Assembly (NCBI GenBank): GCA_963977015.1
Contig: CAXBMO010000017.1
Span: 80,719 to 144,718 of the forward strand
Source: an uncultured bacterium
GTDB lineage: Bacteria; Verrucomicrobiota; Verrucomicrobiia; Verrucomicrobiales; DEV007
Direction of reading: 5' to 3'
Length of the DNA stretch: 64,000 nt
Positions 45,179 to 54,500 of this stretch are shown piece after piece. The notes below the pieces were generated by a model, which was not told the DNA's origin, did not search any database, and was given only the letters and a program-made list of their open reading frames with translations. The stretch's first letter is position 1, and the number at the start of each line of letters is the position of its first letter. The translations under genes were made by a program, and so were the position numbers.

Positions 45179-47605
45179 ATGATCCGCTCCTCCACGCTAT
45201 CCATCCTGCTAAGCTGCGTCCTGCCATGGCTCCTTGGCATCACTTCTGGAGGAGCCCAATCTCCAGCACAGGCACAAACCACGCCTACCCAATATTACGA
45301 AGCAGCTACCGCCGCCTTTCAGAAGGGTAATCACAAGGAAGCAATCCAGGGATTCTACGCAGCCTCCAAAGGATTTTCCGACGCCAAGGACTTCGTCTCC
45401 CAAGCCAATGCGATGGGAAATCTCGCCATCGCGATGCATGCAACCGGGAACTATCGGTTGGCGTTCACCACTCTGGATCAGGCGCTCAATCTCGCTCGCG
45501 ATCTCAAGGATGAAGATCTCATCAGCCAACTTCGCGGGATCGCAGGCTCCATCAGTACCTTCTCCCGAAGGGCCGGCGATGCCCAACGCATGCTGGAATT
45601 CAGCATCACCCAAACCCGGAAAACCGATGATTCCGATGCTCTCGCGCTCCTCCTCCACGATTATGGCGTCATGTGGGCTGGGAGAGGCCGAACCGAAGAA
45701 GCAACCAAGGCGTTTGATGAAACCCTGGAGCTTTGTGAGAAGCAACAGCTCACCGACCTCAAGGTCAAGACGCTGGCAAATCGCGCCATGATGTATCTCA
45801 ACCTCGCCCTTGAACAATTCGATTTGATGGAGATTCGAGGGGAAGAGGACTTCTACTATACGCGTTACCTCGATGCGTATGAAACCCACCTTCAGAATTG
45901 CCTCGATTCCGTCATGACTGCTCAAAAGAGCCTGGGTTCGGTCAGTGGGACTTATGACAAGTCGATCATCGCAACCACTCTTGGCGATTGCTATCGCACG
46001 ATGTTGGAGAAGAAGGCCGCCAATTCATCGAAGAGCGCTGAAGAAGCACTGGCGATGTATCAACTGGCGATCAAGTCCGCGAAGGAAGCCGGCAACCCTC
46101 TCGCCCTCAGTTACGCCCTCGGCGCGATGGGCCGCCTCTACGAAGAGCGCCAGCGCTACCCCGAAGCCCTTGCCCTCACTCGCGAAGCTCGTCGCCTTGC
46201 CCAGGAACTCTCGACTCCTGACATTCTCTTCGAATGGTCCTGGCAATCCGGCCGCATCCTCAAAGCGGTGAACCAAATCGAGGAAGCCAAGAAAGCTTAC
46301 GAAGCAGCCAAGCAAACCCTCGACCCCATCCGCCACGACCTGGCGATAGGCTACGGCAACCGCAATCTCGGACGCTCCTTCCGCGAAGCCGTGGGGGCGT
46401 TCTATTTCGAGCTCGCGGAAATCTACCTGGACGAGTCCCGACAAACCACGGAGTCGAATCAAGAGATTCTCAAGAACGCCCGCGGAATCGTTGAGTCCCT
46501 CAAATCCGCGGAATTGGAGGACTACTTTCAAGATGACTGCGTCAACATCGCGCTCGGCAAACGCAAAGACATTGATGAAACCCTGAAAGACGATCCCAGG
46601 ACCGCCATTATCTATACCATCCCTCTCGTTCAAGGAACCGCGACACTGGTAACGATTGGCGATCGCATTCACTTTGCCCGGTCCGAAATTTCCGGACGTG
46701 ACCTTCAACGGGAAGCCCTTCGGATGCGCGACTTCATCGTTCGCCCCGAAGCATCCTACTACGACTATCAGGGCCCCGCGCAAAAACTCTACGACGCGAT
46801 CATCCGGCCGATCAAACCGCTCCTCGACAAGAATGCTATCGAAACCTTGGTTTTCGTTCCCGACGGTGCCCTCCGGACGGTCCCAATGTCCGCGCTCCAT
46901 GATGGGGAAAAGCATTTGATTGAAGACTATGCCGTCGCCATCACCCCGGGCTTGACTCTGATGGATCCCAAAGAGATTCCGACCGGCAATGCCGAGGTCT
47001 TGGTGGGGGCATTGAGCGAAGCGCGTCACGGTTTTTCGGCCCTCCCCTACGTGGAACGTGAAGTCGAAAAAATCACAACCCAATCTCAATCGGCAGCCTT
47101 TAAGGACGGCAACATTCTCCACAACGAGCGCTTTTTGAAAGGCCAGCTTCAGAACTCGGTCAAGGAAGGCACGTTCACCATCGTCCACATCGCCTCTCAT
47201 GGCGAATTCCAACGAGAGAGTGGAAACTCCTTCTTTCTAACATGGGATGGTAAGCTCACGCTCGACGAGTTGGAGGCGATGATTCGCCCCAAAGAGTTTG
47301 ATGAGAACCCCGTCGAAATGCTCTGCCTCAGCGCCTGTAAGACGGCGCTTGGCGACGACCGCGCGGCCCTCGGTTTGGCCGGCATCGCCGTGAAGTCCGG
47401 AGCTCGCAGTGCCCTGGCAACCCTCTGGGAGGTGGACGACGAAGTCACCAGCAACCTGATGGCCCAATTTTACAACGAACTGCTCCAGGGAAAGTCGCGC
47501 GTGGAAGCGCTTCGCACCGCCCAACTCGCAGTGCTCCAGTCTGAGCAACCCTACGATTTCCCCTTCTTCTGGGCACCCTTCATGATCATCGGGAACTGGT
47601 ATTAA
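45179..47605 (+). CDS. Exported TPR-CHAT domain caspase-like cysteine protease
   Basis: Signal peptide; TPR helices; AELEDYFQDDC; LVFVPDGALRTVPMSALHDG, VHIASHG (catalytic His), LSACKTA (catalytic Cys), LATLWEVDD, PFFWAPFMIIGNW. Confidence 0.94.
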   Translation: MIRSSTLSILLSCVLPWLLGITSGGAQSPAQAQTTPTQYYEAATAAFQKGNHKEAIQGFYAASKGFSDAKDFVSQANAMGNLAIAMHATGNYRLAFTTLDQALNLARDLKDEDLISQLRGIAGSISTFSRRAGDAQRMLEFSITQTRKTDDSDALALLLHDYGVMWAGRGRTEEATKAFDETLELCEKQQLTDLKVKTLANRAMMYLNLALEQFDLMEIRGEEDFYYTRYLDAYETHLQNCLDSVMTAQKSLGSVSGTYDKSIIATTLGDCYRTMLEKKAANSSKSAEEALAMYQLAIKSAKEAGNPLALSYALGAMGRLYEERQRYPEALALTREARRLAQELSTPDILFEWSWQSGRILKAVNQIEEAKKAYEAAKQTLDPIRHDLAIGYGNRNLGRSFREAVGAFYFELAEIYLDESRQTTESNQEILKNARGIVESLKSAELEDYFQDDCVNIALGKRKDIDETLKDDPRTAIIYTIPLVQGTATLVTIGDRIHFARSEISGRDLQREALRMRDFIVRPEASYYDYQGPAQKLYDAIIRPIKPLLDKNAIETLVFVPDGALRTVPMSALHDGEKHLIEDYAVAITPGLTLMDPKEIPTGNAEVLVGALSEARHGFSALPYVEREVEKITTQSQSAAFKDGNILHNERFLKGQLQNSVKEGTFTIVHIASHGEFQRESGNSFFLTWDGKLTLDELEAMIRPKEFDENPVEMLCLSACKTALGDDRAALGLAGIAVKSGARSALATLWEVDDEVTSNLMAQFYNELLQGKSRVEALRTAQLAVLQSEQPYDFPFFWAPFMIIGNWY

Positions 47606-47627
47606 CGACGAACTCACTTCGAAGAAC

Positions 47628-48359
47628 ATGAAGCATCCCGTTTCAAGACGAACCCGGTTTAAGCAACCAATACCCGCCGTAGTCGCTGCGCTCTTGCTTG
47701 GCATCCTGTGCCAACCGGCTTCCGCGCAGGAAGACACCGGGACAGGCTCAAAACTGAAGTTCAACTCCCTTCCCAAGCCCTCCGGCTTCTTCCCGGAGGT
47801 GAAAGGTGCTCGCCGTGCGGGCCCGGAAGACAAAGATGCGATGAAGCTTCGGACGCTATCGCCCAAAAATGGAGCTCCCGCCACGATCTCAACCCGTCCC
47901 CGCCTCTTCTGGTACCAGTCGAAACCTTCCGACGGAAACCTTGTGGTTGTACTTCGCGATCGCAACACCCGAAGAATCGACCCTTCCATCCTGGTCCGCG
48001 ACGCTCTTTCCGCAGGCACCCAGGCTCTTGATCTTCCCTCGGAAATCGAGTTGAAACCGGGAGAAATTTACATCTGGACCATCACCTACAAACCCAGCCC
48101 CAACATCCTCGAAGACGTTGTGGCAAGAGGGGAAATCTTTGTGATGAACGAAGCTGGCAAACTGCGGGCCGAAGCTGAAAAGCTCGAGGCTGGCGAACCC
48201 CGTATTCTCTTCTACGCCTCCAACGGTGCCTGGTACGACGTCCTCCGCGAAATCCAGGATCTTCGTCAGAAAAATTCAGAAATCAGCGAGGAGCTCCAAT
48301 CCCTTTGGGAAGAAGTCCTCAAGCAGGGCGGGATCTCTGGAGAAGATACCGAACCGTAA
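47628..48359 (+). CDS. DUF928 family exported protein
   Basis: Signal peptide ending ASA|QE; TISTRPRLFWY, ELKPGEIYIW and YASNGAWYDVL motifs typical of DUF928; adjacent to a CHAT gene. Confidence 0.8.
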   Translation: MKHPVSRRTRFKQPIPAVVAALLLGILCQPASAQEDTGTGSKLKFNSLPKPSGFFPEVKGARRAGPEDKDAMKLRTLSPKNGAPATISTRPRLFWYQSKPSDGNLVVVLRDRNTRRIDPSILVRDALSAGTQALDLPSEIELKPGEIYIWTITYKPSPNILEDVVARGEIFVMNEAGKLRAEAEKLEAGEPRILFYASNGAWYDVLREIQDLRQKNSEISEELQSLWEEVLKQGGISGEDTEP

Positions 48360-48580
48360 GTTGAAGGCCTTACGCCAACGGCTTGAGAAATGAACCCAAT
48401 GATTGCCATCAGCCACCCGGAATCCGGTGAAATGACTCGCCGAATTGCCTCGAAACTGATACATTTTCTCAAGTTTGGCGTGTATTTTTGAGACAGGTGT
48501 TCGTTTCCCTAAGGAGGAATTTGGGCGGCGAAGGAAACCTTCTGCGTTTCACGGCAACAATTCCCCCTCCCCTAACTTAT

Positions 48581-51500
48581 ATGATGACCTTAAGACTTCC
48601 GGCCTGTTTGCTCGCTCTGATCAGCATTTCGGTCACGGGGGCGCTGGCCCAGAATATCCAGTTCGACGGCTCGTTGGGAGCCGATGGGTCGAACGGAAAA
48701 AACGGGGCGTCCTTGGACGGCCCGAGCTACCAGATCGACAAGCTCGACGGGCAACTGGAAGGCACCAACCTGTTTCACAGCTTTGAAAAATTCGGCCTCA
48801 TCAGCGGAGAGACCGCAACCTTTGAATCAACGGGGGTTAGCAACATTCTCACACGTGTAACAGGAGGTGACGCGTCATCCATCGATGGCGGAATCGTGGC
48901 GGGCGCGAATCTGTTCTTTATGAACCCAAACGGGGTGATGTTTGGACCAAATTCCAGTCTCAATGTCTCTGGAGCGTTCACCGCGACAACCGCCGACCGC
49001 CTCAACTTTCAAGGTGGAGGAACCTTTGCCGCCACCGCCAGTGCCCTCCCCGCCACCGTCACGGGTGATGTCACTTCGTTTGGGTTTCTCGGGCCAGATT
49101 CACTGATTACCCTCGACGGCGTCAATTGGGGAGCAGCCAGCGCAGATTCCGTTCACCTGCTAGGTGGCTCCCTCGAAATCACCGACAGCGCCATCGCCCC
49201 CAACTCAGGCCGTGTGAATCTCGTTGCCGCGCCATCCGGGGCCACCGCAACCCTGGCTCCGCTCGATCACGCTTCCATCCCGGTGATCGACCTCGCCATT
49301 CCAGAATCGGCTTCCATCACCTTGAACGGAGCGACCGGCTCGCAGGTATCCTCTCAATCCGGGGGCAAAATCGTGATTCGCGGTGGAAAACTGACGGTCG
49401 AAGGCGGCAGCTCCATTTCCTCCACCGATTTTGCGACCGGTTGGGGCGGTGACATCGACATCCACGTCAGCGGTTCGGCCATCGTCAACGGCGCCATCAC
49501 CTCAACCGCGAATTCCGGAAACGGCGGAGGAAAGATCGACATCAAGACCAATGGAGGAGTTAGCGTCACCGGAGGCCGCATCGCCTCAACGACCGGTCCC
49601 GGGAGCACCGGGCCGGGAGGTGCGATCAACCTCAACGCGGGAGGCGACATCGCATTGCGCGCCGATGGCGCCGCTCCTGCGGTCCTGGAAACCGCGACCT
49701 CATCGGCGACCCAACCCGCAGGGCCCATCTCTGTTTTCGCTGGCGGGAATCTGGCAGTGATGGGAGCAACCGTTTCCTCCACCTCAAGTGCCGGAACCAG
49801 CGCGGACATCACCTTGAATGCACTGGGCAACCTCGAAATGGGATCCGTTCCGGCCGCCTCGGGAACCGCCGTGGTTCCAGCCAACATTTTTTCCCGCAGT
49901 GGAGGCCTTGGCGATGGCGGCGCGATCACCCTCACCGGCAATCACATCGCGCTCCGTTCCGGCAGTCACCTTGCCGCGACGGGCCCAACCGGCGGCCGGA
50001 TCAGCCTGTCGGCGGCGAATGGCGCCCGAATCTCGCAAGGCGCGCTACTTGATTCCGGCGGCCAAACCGGAGGGGCCATTTCGGTAAATGGCGGTAGCGG
50101 TGACGTCCACGTCGCCGGGAACCTTCGCAGCGTGGGAAGCGATGGAAACGGCGGAGATATCCGAATTCAAACCTCCGCCAACCTGGAACTCGCCCCCACC
50201 GCTCGCCTCGATGCCAGTGGCACTCTGGCCGGCGGCCAGGTTTTCGTGGGTGGTGGCCGCAAAGGAAGCGATCCAAACCTCATCAATGCCCGAAACGTCA
50301 CCGTAGCTCCGGGGGCGCTGATCACGGCGAACGGGGCTTCCGGAGATGGAGGAACCGTGATTCTTTGGGCGGATGGAGCGATGGATTTTCAGGGTTCGGT
50401 CGTGAACACCGGGTTCACCGCTGGTGGGTTTGCCGAGGTCTCCGGGCTGGAAAGCCTTAACTTCGCGGGGCATGTCGATACCGGTGGCGGGGAATTGCTC
50501 CTTGATCCCTACAATTACACCATTGGCGAAACGGAAGCGACGAACATCGAAAATGCCCTGGCACTCAACGATGTCACCATCGAAACCAGCGCGAACATAG
50601 CTAGTTACGGTTCATCGGGAAGTGACTTGGGCGATGGATCCATCATCGTGTTGGCCCCCATATCCTACATTTCCCAACGCATCTTGGGGTTTAATGCAGC
50701 AAAGGACATCACTTTTTCCGCCAACATAGAAAGTCGCGGGGGACTTAACATTGAGGCAGGTGGAAAGGTCTCGGTCGAAACAAACGTTTCTCTCTCAACT
50801 GCGAGAGAGGGAGCCCCAGCCGATTTCGACGTCGCTCCTATCACCATACAGGCTAATGAAGTAGAGGTTGCGGAAGGGGGAATCATCGACCTTACCGCTG
50901 GCGGGGCTTTCGATGGCGACGCTTTCGGTGATGGTAGAACGGGCAATGCCGGCGACTTGCTGATCGAAACATCCAAGCTTACTTTGAACGGTAGCATCTT
51001 CACTCGCACCAATACTCTGGGTGGCGCTGGCAACGTTACGGTAAACTTGCTTGAGGGAACGACGGGAATAACGCCTTCGGCCACGATTTCAAGCACAGGC
51101 CTCATTGATACCAAAACGCGGGCTTTCTCCACGGGTGACGCCGGTGATATCAGTATTCTTGGCGGCCGCGGGAATGTCACTCTACGAGGAAACGTCGAGT
51201 TGAACTCCTTAAGCAGCGGAGCGGGTGGCGATCTAGTCGTCAACGTCGATTCGTTCCACCTGGATGGAAGCAGAGTCAGAACCAGTTCGACCAGCCTTTC
51301 CCAAGATGGTGCTCCCGCTGGCAATGTGGACATCACCGCGAAAACTGTCACTATCGACAATGGCGGCGGAATTTCCACCCAGGTCACAAGCGGCGCCGCG
51401 GGCGACATCCTTCTCCAAACTAACAACCTTACGATCGACAACGGTGAGATACTCTCTACTACCCTGAATTATGTCAGCCAAGCAGAGGCCGGTGATATAT

Positions 51501-54500
51501 CGATATCCGGAATTACAGGCTTAGGATCTCAAGCTAACCTGGTCACGTTAAAGAACGGTGGAAAGATTAGTGCGACGACCGATACGGATGGAGACGGTGG
51601 GTTGATTTCAATCGAAACTCTCACCCTAGATCTTCAGGAAAGTTCCGAAGTAAGCAGCAAGACGCAAGGATTTCAGGGAAATGCCGGAATGATTGAGATT
51701 ACTGCAGACACTTCGACCATTCACGGAACCATCTCCACAAGTGCCATCGACAATCCCGAAGACCCTAACATCCAAATTATTTCCGAGGGAGGAAATGCAG
51801 GAGAAATCCATTTTCGAGATGGAGTTAGCCTGACAGTTGGACCGACCGGAAGGATCGAAAGCAAGACAGACACCAATGGAAACGCGGCCCCGATCACCAT
51901 CACAGCAGAGGCCGTAACGGTGGAAGCTGGCGGCGTGATTTCTACGGAATCTACGGGCATCAACACTCTGTCCGCAGGCAATGCCTCAAATGTGAACATC
52001 ACGGCGGACACCGAGCTAATCGTCAACGGACAGATCAGTTCCACAACCGCAGCCGAGGGAAACGCTGGAACGATTACCCTCACAATCGGTGAATTGGAGG
52101 TCGATACATTTGAAGAGGCAACTGGTAACGGTCAAATCGTCTCTGAGTCGACTGGCAATAGAAGAAGCACGAACGCCGGCGACGCTGGCTCCATCTCCAT
52201 CACGGCAGACTCGGCAATGATCCTGGGAAAAGTCAGCACGGAAACGGCAACAGTGGGCCTCGCGGGAAACATCGACATCACCACCAATGCTCCAACTGAT
52301 GGCCCAGGAGATCCGGTCGATTTCAGCCGAGCCACCCTTTTGGTGGGAAACGGAGGACAAATCCTTTCTCAGTCAACCAACGTGTCGATGGCGGGCAAAG
52401 CCGGAAATATCGTCATCCAGTCAGGAATGGCCCAAATCGATGGAACCGTGAGCACAACTACCGATACCGAGGGAAATGCCGGCAATATCGATCTTCACAC
52501 GGATTTTCTTTATGTGTCGGACAGCGGAAGCGTAATCTCGACCTCCACAGGAACAGGTGTTATCGACGGAAGCACCGCAGGGAACGCCGGCCAGATTCGT
52601 ATCGCCGAGTCCATTTATGGCATCGAAATTCTCGATACCATAGGGACCTGGACCGCCGCCAACCAGGTCACCATCGAAGGCGAAGTCAGTACCCGCACTA
52701 ATGCGCAGGGCAACGCCGGGACGATCGGTATTAATGCCTTCAATCTCGACATCGAAGGGACGGTGAATGCAAATACCTTTGGAAGCGGCGTTGCAGGTAG
52801 CGTGATTATTTCAACGGATACAATGAACGTCGGCGATTCCACTACCGGCGGCACAGGTAGGGTCGAGTCTTATACCAGCGGCGCAGGTCCAGGCGGAGAC
52901 GTCATCGTATTCGGACGAATCCTCAATCTGACCAATTCCAGCACTTGGTTTGCCGCCGACGCGTATGGTGAAAATACCGGCCATGCCGGAGAAATCAACA
53001 TCACCGCCACGGAGAACCTTCATCTCTCCAATGGTGCCCAGATCTTCTCCACATCCATAGGAAGTGGTGCCGCCGGCGAGGTCTACATTCAGGCTAACAA
53101 TTTTACGCTTACCGGTCAGAATTCTCTGGTATCAACGGCTACCACGGGTTCAGGAAAAGCAGGAGACATCGTGGTTTCTACCAACAACCTGACCTTGAAC
53201 AGCGGTACTTTCATCGAATCCAACACCTTCAACGAAGGCCGTCTCGCAGGGATTCCTTCAGGTGAGGGCACGGGCGATGCGGGGACGATCAAGATCACAG
53301 GATTCAATCCCCTGGATCCACGCGAAACTGATCCGGGAGGTTTTGCAACTGCAAGCGTCACGCTGAATGCTGATTCCGAAATCAGCACAGGTACGAAAGG
53401 GAAAGGCAACGCCGGCTCGATTACAATCCAAACTCTTGCCCTTGACCTCCAAGGTGAGATCCTGTCGACCTCAGAGGGAAACAGCAGCGGAATCGACCGC
53501 TCTGCTGGCGAGACTGCCGGTCAGGCCGGCACGATTCGGATTGGCCAAAGTCTCGTGGACGGCGCCATTTCAGACACCATTGGAAGTTGGATCCCCGCAA
53601 CCACTGTATCGATCGATGGCGGCCTCATCAGCACAGCTACTAATGCCGAAGGCGAGGCCGGAAACATTGGAATCAGTGCCAACATGTTGGACCTCTCCGA
53701 TTCAACTTCGGAAATCAGTTCATCTTCCACCGGATCGGTTGCCAACCTGACTTCCTACGGAGATGCCGGCCTTGTCTTCATCAACGCGGGAACCGCGAAC
53801 GTGGAAGGCTCCGTCAACACGAAAACTCAGGCATCCGGCAGCGCTGGTGACATCACCTTCAACGCGGCAAATCTCACCATCTCTCAGACCGGAAAAGTTG
53901 AGTCCAACACCACCACGACCAGCAGCGGCACGGCAGGGAATATCACCGTGAACGCCGGAATTGGATCCGTAAACGGCGCCATCGACTCTCGATCTGACGG
54001 CACGGGTGATGCCGGAATCGTCAACTTCAGCGGCGGGCGACTCACCATTGCCGGCGACGGATTTGTGACTTCCCAAACCTCAGGCTCGGGAGACGCGGGC
54101 GCAGTCAACGTCATTGGAAACCAGATTATCCTGTGCGACAACGCCTACGCGACGTCGCAGACTTCTGGAAGCGGCCAAGCCGGAATCGTGACGATTCAAA
54201 CGGATGATCTCACCCTCAAGGATGGAGCCTTCCTCACCACGCTCACGTCCGGTTCGGGCAATGCCGGAACGATTGCCCTCGACATCGACAATCTTACCTT
54301 GGAAGGGACCAGCTCCATCACTTCAACCACCAGTGGCTCAGGTGACGCGGGTAGTCTTCGCCTGAACTTGAATACGTTGACGCTTCGTGATGGCGGCAGT
54401 GTCAGTGCCACCAGTTCCGGGAGCGGCAAGGGCGGTAACGTCGAAATCTCCGCCAACGAGATTGTGGTCGATGGGGGCGTGATTGAAGCTCAGGCCACCT

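Noticed and set aside
45179-47605. Type III-E CRISPR-associated TPR-CHAT (Craspase)
   Set aside because: No CRISPR array or cas genes in the window, and the protein has an export signal.
47628-47670. Tat motif in the DUF928 signal peptide (SRRTRFK)
   Set aside because: Does not match S/T-R-R-x-F-L-K spacing; Sec export is equally plausible.
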